In this document: positions 14,197-26,700 of the stretch, piece after piece
Numbering within the stretch: the stretch's first letter is position 1
Layout: every line of letters starts with the position of its first letter
Source: Seison nebaliae
Taxonomy: Eukaryota
Assembly: GCA_023231475.1 (NCBI GenBank)
Contig: JALJEE010001458.1
Span: forward strand, 1-64,000
DNA: 64,000 nt
Reading direction: 5' to 3'
The notes under the pieces: generated by a model
Databases searched by the model: none
Seen by the model: only the letters and a program-made list of their open reading frames with translations
What the model was told of the DNA's origin: nothing
Made by a program: the position numbers and the translations under genes

Positions 14197-14360
14197 CGCA
14201 TCACTGACTTTTCCTCACTGCCATATAAAATTTCCTGGTTATCTACTGAAACGGTCATTTCCTCATCTCCAAAAACGGTCAGTTCGTCACAGTTTTTTCC
14301 AATATGGTATTTTCCTCATCACATTTGTAAACTAAATGCAAAGTACCTCATCACGTATTT
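14197..14360. repeat. Truncated copy of the GGTCATTTCCTCA motif array (solo arm of the foldback element)
   Basis: ACTGACTTTTCCTCAC, CGGTCATTTCCTCATC, CGGTCAGTTCGTCAC, GGTATTTTCCTCATCAC; same motif as at 14730-14860. Confidence 0.55.
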
Positions 14361-14687
14361 TTTATTCAAGAGATTTGAATTAACTTTCCCTTTGAATTTT
14401 GATTTTAGAATCGTTTAAGTTAAGAAACTTCTCAAGGTATGAAGAAATGGAAAAAGCACTAATGAATCATTAGTAATGATAAGTAAATCAAGTTTTAAAT
14501 CAGCTTCTAATATATAATATTATATACCATATTACAAAATTTCATATTCGTCTATGATCGATGCATTCAATATCATCCTTCCATAATATTCTGATACCAT
14601 GATCAGTAGTAATAGTGATCATTTTCCATCTAGCACACCTTTTTCCACCATTCAATTATCAATACTATCTTTTCTAGAATCACCGTC

Positions 14688-15802
14688 TTTTCCTTACTCT
14701 ATATTAAATTTTCCAAAATTAACAGTAAAACGGTCATTTCCTCACGTATCAAAACTGTCATTTCCTCACCCACTTTTTTCACTATGAACTTTTTCTCACT
14801 CAATTTTTTTATTTTGGACATTTCCTCACCCAATTGTCAACTAAACGGAAATTTCATCACCGTCTATTTGTCTTCTAAATTAATATAGATTATTATAATT
14901 GTTACGAATATATGTTTTAATGTTCTTTTATTTTTATTCATATTCATATTTTTATCGAAATTTAATATTATGCATCATGTTATTAAAAAAAATTTAATAA
15001 TAAAAAAGAAATTTAATGAAAAATTTCTTCGATAACGAAATGATTATATTCCAGATCTTGGATATTATACTTTCGAATTATTGCACGTAATTTTTCTTTT
15101 TTTTTCCTTTTCAATTTATTTAATTGTTTTTCGAATGTTGATAAGGATTACAATATTTGATAAATTATCTTAATCCGTTATTCCTATCCTCCATTAGATT
15201 ATTCGTTCTAGAGAAATTGTTCATCATTCTTGAATGATTATTTCATAGGAATGGAGGGAAGACTGCACTATCACTTTTCCCAATGTATGTACACTAATAA
15301 CTGATATCATGTGATTGAATCATATTGATTGAATCTTTCTTTTTTATTATTAAATTTTGCTTAACAACTTGATGCATAATATTGTATTTCGATAAAAGTA
15401 TAAAACAACATTAAAACATATATTCGTAACAATTAAATTAATCATTATTTATATTAATATTTTAATTTAGTTGATCACGGGGTGAAGAAAACTCCAATTA
15501 GTTAACAATAGGGTAAGGAAAAGTCCATAATGAAGAAAGTGGCTGAGGAAAAGTCCATAATGAAAAAAGGGGGCGAGGAAATGACCGTTTTAAAGTTAAT
15601 TTTCAAAAATTTATATAGAGTGAGGATAAGACCGGCTACCTATATAGGGGAGCAAATTTCACTGTTAAGAAATATAGTTGACAAATGTGGTGAAGAATTT
15701 TCCAGAATGTAAAAAGTGGGAGAGGAAATGGCCGTTGTGATTGTGAGGAAATCACCGTTTCACTACTTTTTTTTTGGAAAATTTTATATAGAATAAGGAA
15801 AA
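14688..15802. mobile_element. Foldback-type non-autonomous DNA transposon (~1.1 kb) with long modular inverted repeats
   Basis: The left arm (14688-15010) carries GGTCATTTCCTCAC repeats then AATTGTTACGAATATATGTTTTAATGTT..ATATTATGCATCA. The right arm (15335-15802) carries the reverse complements (TGATGCATAATAT..AACATTAAAACATATATTCGTAACAATT; GAGGAAATGACCG). The outer ends CCTTACTCTATATTAAATTTTCCAAAA and TTTTGGAAAATTTTATATAGAATAAGG match. Confidence 0.8.
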
Positions 15803-17959
15803 AATTGACAAACATATATTCATTATCATTCTTCGATTGCGCAGTAAAGAATAAAATGATTTATTTTAAGAAAGATGATCCCATTTATGATAAGAACTAT
15901 AATAACAATTTCCCACTGACAGAAAATCTATGACTTTCCAATAGTATCGGATTGTTGACTCTAACAAATTTTTTTATTAAATTCAATTGAAATTCTTCAC
16001 ATAGCATTTTTTTTTCCGTACTGAGCACAAACAGAATACAAAAATATACTATTCCCATTCGTTATATGGAAGCATTTTCGTAAAATGACAGTTGCTGTTA
16101 TCCATATGATGAACTAGATTGAGGAAGAATTAACAGGATCGGCAAAAAACTGAATAATAATCTGCAATAGAACATAGAAAATCATTTCAGCTTAATTCAA
16201 CAGTAAAAATAAAGATGAAGAACATGATTTTCATTCGTTATGATCCTACCTTCTAACATTTAATAACTGATGCATAATTTCTGTCACTTTGTAGAAGAAT
16301 TGTAGAAAATCTGCTTGGCAATCATTATCATATAGATTGGCAATAAAATGAAATTCTGACAACTTCATTTTTATATCATTATAATAGACAACAACCGGAC
16401 AATAACAATGGTTGTTGGCAGTCTACTGAGTAATGGTGATGAATAAGATAACGGAAAATAAGTGAAAGAATGAAATCATCTTATAAATTCAAAAACACGA
16501 AATGACAAGGGCGACGATTTATTACTTCGCAAAGTAATTCCAAATTACTTATCCTACTAGTGCATTAACTATATGACTTGTGTAGGATTGTTGGGAACAT
16601 AAGTACGTAAAGATAATGCATAAGAAAAAGTAAAAAAAAAGTACTATATAATTTTCAAGTCTTTTCCATACTTATGATATAGCAGGAAATAAGATTGAAT
16701 GAAACGCAAGATAAGAAAATTCGTACTAAAAACCGAGATATAGTATTAATAAAGAAGAATAAGATATAGAGAATAAAATTATTCTAAAAAATAGTAGTGT
16801 AATTACAGTATATCAATTATCATATCATAGGTATATAGCATGCCATCAAGTAGGAGAACGTTGTCCATCCCATTGAAAGGATATTAATTTTTTATTTTCG
16901 GTTTTCTTATTTCCTTGAGACTAACTGCAGATCAACTTACTAATAACAAGAGGAGAAATAACAATATTATTTATGGTTGAACCCTTAACATTAATTACTT
17001 TAATCTACTTCACTAAATTCGTTTTCACCTAAACAATCGACAGAGAAATATTTTAAAATAATTATACTAACATTCTATTAACTTCATATTCAACAAATGA
17101 AGAATTCTTATGGAACATGTTTCGTGACTCCGTCCCATAAATCGTCATATCATTGACCCATCTTCCACTCATTCCCTTCGTTTCCAACATTTTCACGGCA
17201 GCGCATCCCATCATCTATCGTTGGCTGTGTTAATAGTGGAATATCAAACGATGTCAAAATGAAGGCGATGTTGCTCAATCAACTCATTCTTAAATCAATT
17301 ATTGATCGATCAAACGAAAAAAGAAATAAGAGAAGAATTAAAAAAAAGATTCTTTTTTATATTATTTTAGTAACAAGATATTCTTTGAATTAAATTGTAA
17401 TCGACACTCTGATGATTTCGGAACGTTAATGATTAAATAGGACACGTTAAAAATCAATAAGTTTCCATAACAACCAGAAATTATTCAATTTCACAATTTC
17501 CACTTCTCTTCATTTGCTTCCGACCAATAACCAAATAGTCGAGAGTGACCTACAGAAATATTCAACATTCAATCTTTCTTTATCCATCTCAACTCCTTCT
17601 AATATCTGAAATATTCTTTTTTTTAATGTCTACATTCTTCTTCGTTATTCAATCACACATATGGGTCCACTTAGATTGTGATAGTGTGGAAGAATTGTAA
17701 AAAGGAATTACTTTAAACATTCATTTTGTAAAGAATAATTCTGGTAAATGTTAAAGGTCATACACAAGGTAAGAGGTTTAATTTCTCCAATGAGAATTCA
17801 TGTTAAGGTTCATCATTTTCCATCTTTTAAATTAACCATATGGTAGGTAGGGAAGATAACAAGAATTATGTTTGTTTAATTTCCGTTATTATTATATGAA
17901 AGTTTACAAAAATGTATGGGAATAACAATTGTTAAACCATAGAAGATAATCATTTCCAT

Positions 17960-18564
17960 TTAGACATATCGTCCTGTTTGAATTTCACTATCGAAATTTC
18001 CGATTTGTTGCAACATATTCTTTCCAAATCCGCCTCGATCTTCATCATAATTTGTACGATATTCATCTCTCACTTGACCTCCATGACGACCACGACCATA
18101 TTGACGACCTTCCACAAATCCAGCATCCCAATCAATTCGAATTCGTCGATTGTCCAAATGAGTTAAATTTATATATCTGCGTGCCGTTTCAGCACCTTCT
18201 CTCGTCACATATCTTAATTAAGTGATGAAACAAATATTTTGATAAATGGAAACTCGAGAAAACAGAATCCACATGGCGTTTTCGTATTTCTATCGATTCC
18301 CATAATAATCCGATTTAACTCTCCACATAATGAGAATCGTTCATAAATTTGTTCTTCCGTCGTATAAAACGACATATTTCCCACATATAAAGTTCTTGAC
18401 TGACTCAATTTATTCTTTAACTGATCCTCCGAACCCTTTCCACATGAACATATAAAAGAAGTGAATAAAAATGAAAAATTATTATTCTTTATTACTTCGC
18501 TAACTTTGAATTGGGTATCATAATAGGAGCTGAGTTTAATTGCATTATTTCCAAGGAATGCCAT
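17960..18564 (-). CDS. NCBP2: Nuclear cap-binding protein subunit 2 (CBP20), 3 exons
   Basis: [57 protein letters not shown]. Introns at 18436-18504 (69 nt, in frame) and a 41-nt GTTTCC..AAG intron. Confidence 0.97.
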
Positions 18565-18900
18565 TCTGAAAAAAATTGGTCGAATTTTTGGAAAGCCTTA
18601 TATTCGAAAATAATAAACTTTAAAATCTTGTTTATTCAAATGAGATTCGTCGGGATCTTATAGTAGTGGTTGTCGATTATTCTGTTCATTCATTTGCCAT
18701 GTACCATAATGGCACCTTTGTAAATGATTCAATATTTAATAGTTAAACGAAGTTTTTAACGATGTTCATTTTGACTTCAGCTTTCTTTTTTAAATGTAAC
18801 AGATTACATTGGGTTTTGAAAAGTCTATTTTGAAAAACTTTAATATTTTTTGATTTTATTTCTTTATTATGAATTTATTTTTACCATCGGATATTCTGAA

Positions 18901-20646
18901 ATGAACGAACCGGCTATTACTTCCAAAGTGAATAATCCGATAACGATTAATTCATTTTTTGCAAGGAAATATAATATGAGTGATGGTTCGAATACGATGA
19001 CTGATTTGACTTCAATGCCTAATTTTGAGATGTCAATACCGATTATGGATGACATGATTGGTGAAAGAGAAATACAAGGCAATATGATGCCAAATTATTA
19101 TATTGGAAATACGTCGAAAAATCCGTTTATCTTGGATATGTATGATGGGTCGATGATGGATGAACAGAATATGGAAAGAACAGAAAACCCATTCCTCCCA
19201 ACTTCCCAATTTCTCAATTTTAGTTTTGTGACACCACCATCGGTCACAGTTCCAATACATCAACCACCTCCATCGATTCCACCCAGATTAAACTTTCAAC
19301 CATCTACTATCGATGAAACAATAGGTTCCAATGAATCGAAAGAATTTTTCTCCAAAAATATTTTATGGGAAATGTCAAAATTTCCAAAAGAAGAAAATTT
19401 AATTTCGTTAAATTCCACTAGTCGAATGTCGATTGAACCACAAGATGAAACCGTAATAATTGATGAAGATGGAACAACTCAAGATTCGGAGATGCTCCTC
19501 AATATTTCTGGTGATTCTGAAACGAAAGACAATCTTTATGCCGATGTTTATCGGGAACCACCGTCTTTTATGTTGAAGAAGGATTTGGATGCAGATCTTC
19601 CCAAATTTTCAATAATTAGTGGAATTATTGTTATGAAAGACGTGTGTGTTGATAATCGTATCTTATCACTTCAGGAGTATAATGATCGATTAGATAAAGA
19701 AAGTGGAACGGCTAAATTAAAAGAATACATCAACAGTAATTATGCTGGAACGAAAAATTGCAAATTTGAATATCCAAAAATGCAATCAAATTTCCATTCG
19801 AATTCTAAATATATCGATGAGACATTAACGCAATTCAACAAACTATGGGAATATTTGGAGACGAATGAAGAGAAATTTATTGAAAATTTCTTACCTGAAT
19901 CCGTCACATCGGGAATTAGATTACATAAATTGTCACCAAAAAAACAGAAAGAAATTCGTAAGCAAGCGAAAAAGGACGATCTCGTCTTATATCGTTGGAT
20001 ACCGGAAGCACGTCCTGAATATGATAGTGTCGATTATGACAAGAACTTGAAAGTAGAAGATTCATGGCCCAATGTGAGAACAGGTCCAATGATGATACCA
20101 AAATCCGAATGTTGGTTATCCAGAAAAAGAAAACAGAGAACATTCGTCCAATCCCAAATCCAGAGACAATTGGAACTCGTTGAACATGTGGACAAACCAA
20201 AAATAACTAAATTCGCTGATTATAATAATGAATCGATACATGAAACGGAAACAATGAATCCTGGTTTGGAAGATGGTGAAGTAGAAGATAACGGTAATGA
20301 AGAAAATTCAAAAGAGAAATTAACTGATGTTAATTCTACCAAGAAAGAAAAGCAAACACAAGTAATGGTGAAATTCGAACGTAAAAAGCCTTGGATAACA
20401 CCAGCATTAATGGCGCAAATAATTGAGCGAGATAAGCTTCATAATATCATTAAAACTAATCACACAGTAGAATTAATGGATAGATTTAAGAAGTTTAAGA
20501 ACAAAGTTAATAAAAAAGTGAAACAAGCTAAAAGTTTTTTTTCTTTCGAATTTCATTTCGTTAATGCGCATAAAATTTATTTCAATTTAGTTCATTATCT
20601 CAATCAATTGGCTAAACAAGAACAACAAATAACAAATAATCTGTAA
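18901..20646 (+). CDS. Uncharacterised protein (~560 aa) with a C-terminal LINE-ORF2-linker-like motif
   Basis: Long ORF with first ATG at 18901. Probable 57-nt intron at 20534-20590 (GTTTTT..TAG). C-terminus KKPWITPALMAQIIERDKLH...FKKFKNKVNKKVKQAKIHYL. Confidence 0.75.
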   Translation: MNEPAITSKVNNPITINSFFARKYNMSDGSNTMTDLTSMPNFEMSIPIMDDMIGEREIQGNMMPNYYIGNTSKNPFILDMYDGSMMDEQNMERTENPFLPTSQFLNFSFVTPPSVTVPIHQPPPSIPPRLNFQPSTIDETIGSNESKEFFSKNILWEMSKFPKEENLISLNSTSRMSIEPQDETVIIDEDGTTQDSEMLLNISGDSETKDNLYADVYREPPSFMLKKDLDADLPKFSIISGIIVMKDVCVDNRILSLQEYNDRLDKESGTAKLKEYINSNYAGTKNCKFEYPKMQSNFHSNSKYIDETLTQFNKLWEYLETNEEKFIENFLPESVTSGIRLHKLSPKKQKEIRKQAKKDDLVLYRWIPEARPEYDSVDYDKNLKVEDSWPNVRTGPMMIPKSECWLSRKRKQRTFVQSQIQRQLELVEHVDKPKITKFADYNNESIHETETMNPGLEDGEVEDNGNEENSKEKLTDVNSTKKEKQTQVMVKFERKKPWITPALMAQIIERDKLHNIIKTNHTVELMDRFKKFKNKVNKKVKQAKSFFSFEFHFVNAHKIYFNLVHYLNQLAKQEQQITNNL

Positions 20647-20705
20647 ATTTGTTTATTTTAAAGAGAATATAGTGTTCAAATAAAGTCGATGTTTGATTGA
20701 TCTGT

Positions 20706-23700
20706 TCATTCAGATAATTGACAAAGGAGAGCAGCTCCTTTCATTATCCAATAATCTCTCGTTTCTTGTGATTGTAAATTTACTGGTACTACAAAATTTG
20801 TGGAATGACCTTTAAAAACATTCAATAATGATTAGATTGCAGATATTTTAATAAATGGTCTAACCTGTAGTACTTAAAGTTCCAGCACGTTCGGCCGTTT
20901 TATAAAGAGGGGCAATATAATCATTTGGATCGTCAATGAAGTTATCTGTCGGTTCCATATGAAGAACTGGTAGCATCGGATTCATTTCACCTTCACTACA
21001 ATCGACAATCGACTTAACGTCAATATCCCATTTGCACGCATCCATGTACAGACCATGAATTAGCACACCATCATCGATAGTGGGTAAAGCTTTATCAGCA
21101 GCAAGTGGTTGATCAGGTTGTCTCGTCTTCACATTTTCATTAGCTTCTTGCTGATCATAAAATACATCGGATACTGTAAAAATGAAGGATAATTTATCGA
21201 TGGGGAGACTATATTGTCTCGCATGTGTTTGTAGGACGGCCGTTAAGAATCCTTTTAATATAATTAAATTTCAATTAAATGAATGAATGAATGAATTGTA
21301 CCTTGTGGGAAAAATATTCCAGGTAACCAATAACATTTTGGTTCTCCTAATCTTATCCAATAATTCATGAAATTGATGCGATCTTGAAAATCCCGATACC
21401 ATCCTCCCAATTTCTTCAAACTTGGATAAGAACAATCTTTCCATAGTTGAGGTACCTGAATTGAGGAGAGAAGGAAAATAACAAGATTACTAAACAAAAA
21501 AATTACTTGAGAGAGATCAATAGCTCGATACATCTTTTCTAAACTTTCACTCATAACCATTAATCCTCTTATCGCTTTTTGTAAATCAATTAAAGACGAT
21601 GATATTACTTCAATCAGTTTATTATATCGGTCGATCTCTTGTAAGAGGACGGTTGTTAAAGATTTTTGACGATTCTTATCATCAAGCTGAAAATGTTAAG
21701 ATTAAACATTTCCGAACAAAAAAGAATGTGTAAAAACTTCATTCATAAATTTTGGAGCATTTTCAATTGATAAATTTTGTGGTTTTTCAGCCAACATTGC
21801 AGCACAAAGATCGTAAATGATATCTTCCTGACTCTTTCCTCCGACTTGTGCATGACTTCTTGGTTGTATTTCCAAAAGTGTACCGACCAGGGTTTCCGTC
21901 TCTTGCTTCTGGAACATGTAGTTAGCATTCAAATTCATCCCAAATATTTCAGCATCATCGATTAATGGAAATTGATTAATATAATCTTTATATTCTTGTA
22001 GTTCAGTAAAATTAGGAGGATAATAAATTCCAGATTCAGAGAATTTATAATTTTCTTCTAAAATATTCGGATGGAAAAACGTTCTCAATATGGTTCTTAA
22101 ACATCGCTGGTCCCAAAAGTCGGTTACTCGGCCACCATATGTTATTTCTCCTGTTATATAAATTAGAGCATCCCACGGGATTTCCGATTCACCACAAAAT
22201 AATTCTAAATTTAATAATGCACATTCTCTATCTGATGCATTGAAATCGTATTTGATATTCCATCCAAGTGCGCCAAATTTCTTCCTTTCCTGTATGATTG
22301 CATGGAAGAAACATATGCCGAAAATCATTTTTCTCCACGAATTACCCAAAACTAATTATTGAAATAGAAAAAAGAAATATATTGTGAGACTAACGATTAT
22401 CTTCAAAGAATTGTTTGGAAATTTCATTGAAAGCACGAGAAGTATTTGCCCTTAATCCTTTTGGAGGCTCATTAGTTACCTTAACACTATTTTGCAAAAC
22501 ATATACTGGAAATGACTTGTCAGGCATTGATGATAAGAATAATCGATAATCTTCATGAATCTAAAATAATTGAATAATATTAATGAACATTAATAAAAGA
22601 ACACAAACTGTTGTAGATTCTCCAAATTCTTTAATTAAATCTTCTAAATGAATCATCCACGACTTCGCTAAATGACAATTCTGAAGGAAAACCCATTGAC
22701 CATTTTTCACTCCATTCAGCATCATTTTCTCTGCGATTGGTCCTTGACCTTGACCTAACGATATCGTCGTTAAACTTAACCGATAAATTACGATACAATT
22801 AACAAGAATAAAGATAAAAAACTTTTTATTCATATTCATCTCAACGGCAAACCGTTGCAACGCAGCCATTGGATCACTACCAGTTGACAGAATGAACACT
22901 AAAGGTACTGATGTACTAATATCATCAAATATCTTTGCCAGTTCCATTGATGGAGCAGTTATAAATAATTCGCCCATTTCTGACCCAACAAACGTACTAA
23001 CAGCATGCACAAACTAGATGATAAAATATTATAATTGCATCATTAAATTTATTTAACATGATTCGGTGCAAATGTTTTAATTAAAATCAATTGTTGGAAA
23101 GTGGATAATTCTGAGATTTCGCATGGAGGTTCTTCATCTTCCGGTTGATCTGCATATAGACCTATATTTGGATCATTTAGTTCAATTTCGATTTCTCGAC
23201 AAAATTTTACATTCACCGGACCCTGTAGAAGAGTAGCTTTAATATTTGTAAAGATATCAGGAAGTGCAATTTGAAGCATCCAAATTTTCAACCAATATTC
23301 TTCATCTATTAATAATTCTACATCGGCTGGGAAAGGAGGAATATCCAATTTCAATCCTTTAAATAAAATATGAAAGAAGAGATATAAAAGAAGAAAAATG
23401 AACCTTGTGGCATTCCTCTTAATAAGAAGTCCCATTCGTCTTCATGAATTGCATCATTCATCAATAATAACCGACAACACAAAAGGAAACTGAAAGCCAA
23501 TTTATCTTTTTCGAATAATCCTCTCGATACATTTTTATAAATGGTTTTAGATGTCTCCTCATTTAACGTGTCCAACCGAGTCTGATAAATTTTATGGTAG
23601 AATGGATATTATCATTAAAATTAACATTGAGATCTTTCGACTTCTTACTGTTCACAACTGTATATTTAAACAACTGTTTAAAATATTTCAATGAATATTG

Positions 23701-26700
23701 ATACATTGAATCGATATTCGCCAAATCAGCTACTACAAAATACATGACGGATGCACGTTTTGCAACAGACCGATATTTTTCTCTTTCGGCCACTATGGTC
23801 GCTTCTGTTGTTTCAGCTGCGGCTAAACGATGTTTGATAGCAATAGATGTTATCTAAGAAACATTAAGAAAATAAATTATTAAATGATATTGAACTTTTG
23901 AATTATTCAATGTTTCGATCAACTCTTCATTATCCAAAATATTTCCTTCAGATTCAAACAACAATTTCAATGTCCGATCTTCTAATTGTTTCAAATTAGT
24001 CTTATCTGCATCAATATTTGTAATTAGTTCGTTTTTCTGTTGTTCGAGATCTGGTCTCTCCAATTGGACAATCTCCGAAAGAATTTGGTCTTCCAGACCC
24101 TGATTTGTCACCGCAAAATTGATGATAGTAACTTTTATGCAAATTTCCGGTAAATAATGAGGATTAGCTAATTTGGTAGTCATATAAAAACGGAAATCTG
24201 TATTATAATCGATATCAGCATCTCCCAAACGAATTAACAATCGACCACCAGACATGAACGTTTTCCGAAGTAGAATTGGTTCAAGAGCCGGATCTAAAGT
24301 TTCATCAATTTGCTCAATCAACAGTGGCAGTCCAATTCGTACACAATTTTCCAATTTTTGTAATAGTTTCGGATCGGATAATTTGAGAACAACTAATCCA
24401 TTTCGAATTTCCTTCGTTTTTATCCAACGATTAGCTTGATCTTGTGGGTCAATCATCAAAGGCCATCGTCGACCATGTTCTACTAAGAGACCATTCTCAA
24501 TACTAAAGTCGTCCAGTGGAAGACCATCCATTGTCCATTGACGTATAACAAAATTGTCACCCAAAACTGATTGAAGAGAAGTGTTGGCCGATATTGGAAT
24601 TTTTAAGTTAATACATTCGTCAATCCATTTCTGTACCATTTGTTTGCGGTATGATGAAGTGAATGCTCCAAAATAAGCTATGCAGGCTGATGCGATGAAT
24701 ATATTTCCGCTAACATTCACCAGTTCGTCATCATATCCAACGATCATACTTTTCCATCTAACCTGTTCATCTGCTAACGATGTCGTTAATTTGGATGCGC
24801 GACTAAGTCTTCCTTTAGTGAGATTCATTGATGTTTCCAGCTTCCTTTTCTCAATTAACGATTTCTCATATCTTATCTGATATGATTTAATCGTAGCTTC
24901 AACGGCTGCCAACTTATCCTGTTTCTCTTTCAACTGATCCATTACAATTTTCAATTCAGCTTCCGCCTTTTTCAATTTTTCTTCCTTTGGAGCGACATCT
25001 TTCAACACCCGCGAATATCCGACGATAGCTCGCACCCATAACAGCATCGATTTACATGCATGTGACACTTTTCCTACTTCTTCTGCCGTAAAGTTTTTTA
25101 TTTGGAAATATGGTTTCACTTTTTTATAAATCGCTTCCGTTATCTGACTTTTCGCATCATAATGTTGTAACGAACTTAAAAACTTAGTGTCACCCAGCAA
25201 CTGCTTCGCAGTAGGCCAATCTGCTTTTCTACCCAAAAGAATACAAATTGTTTCCATCACCGTCATGACTAATTCTGGTGGTTTCGTATAAACACGAATT
25301 TCAGCAATATCTGACGGTTGCAATGCATCAAGTTGTCTTTTTGCTTCGTCGATTGCTGGTTGCGCTGCATCAACATCTCTTTGTGCATCTTCTGCAATAG
25401 CTCTAGTTTCCTCAGCTTTCACCATGGCAACTGCTTCGTCCTCTTTCACTGCTTTCCTGTCAACATCGGCTTTCTCTTGATCAACTGCTAATTTTTTCAT
25501 TAATATTTCTGTATCTTTCGTCCGTTTAATTAATTCTGGTTCAAGTGCAGTTAGTTCAATTTGCATTTCGGCAACTAGAATGTTAGTTTCCGCCAATTTT
25601 TCTAAACCACGTTCAACTTTCATCTTTTGATTTCGAATCTTTTGTTTATGCTCATTGACTAATTTGCAGTAGAATTGAATGAGTTCTAAATATGATGTGG
25701 GAGTAGTATAATATTTCCGATGTAGTTCATCATAAAACTCTTCGGAATATTGTGTCACAGATTCATGAACGTCAACGCACATTTTCCCCAATGCTTGACC
25801 CAAATGTTCCTGAGATTTATCGAATGTCATTTTAGAGAAGAATGTTTCAGCTACTGAATAAAGGGCATCCGAAGGCCAAACAGTAAACCAATCGATCACA
25901 CAACAATTAACTAGTGAAGGAAACATACGACATCTCGATCGAAACGAGTCACCAACCGGACTCATACAAAGAACAATATGTAAATTATTTCGAACACGAT
26001 TAATGAAGAATTGAAAGATGCCATCTCGATCATTTTCAACGATTCCTATCTCTTTAGCCGCACCACGACAACTGTTTACTATCTTTTCATATTCATCATT
26101 CGGAAAAAGATTCGGTACTTCTCCACTATTTAACATGTTATTAATATCTTCCAAAAATTCTTCACATACAATCTAAAACATAATTAATTAAAATGAAACT
26201 ATTATATGATATTAAAACTAAAATTAACTTGGGTATCAGTGAAAATGAAAACAGTAGTTTCGTTATTAACACCAGCTCGTTCATAAAGTATTTTTAAATC
26301 TTCATGAAACGATTGATAGTTGTATCCCCGACTCAATTCAATCTTGAAACATTTGTGTCCACAGATGAATGCAGCAAGACTGAAATTCAATGAAAATGAA
26401 TAAAATATGTGGAAATTATGAGGATTAGAACCTTGTTAGAGATTGTTTTCCAGTACCACCAACACCAACTAATAATGAATTACCTCTTTCTAAACGAATC
26501 ATTCTTGCAATTCTCGCTATATGTAATATTGCATCACGAAAGAAAACCAATTGGGAATCAGAATTCATTGCTAAATTGTAATCTTGTTGGTAATCTTCAA
26601 TTATTGATTTCAATTTATTTAAGTCGGGAATTAATTCATAATATCTCTCCTCCGGTGTCATTACCATAAAGTCACCAAAGACGACAGGATCTGTTCGAAA

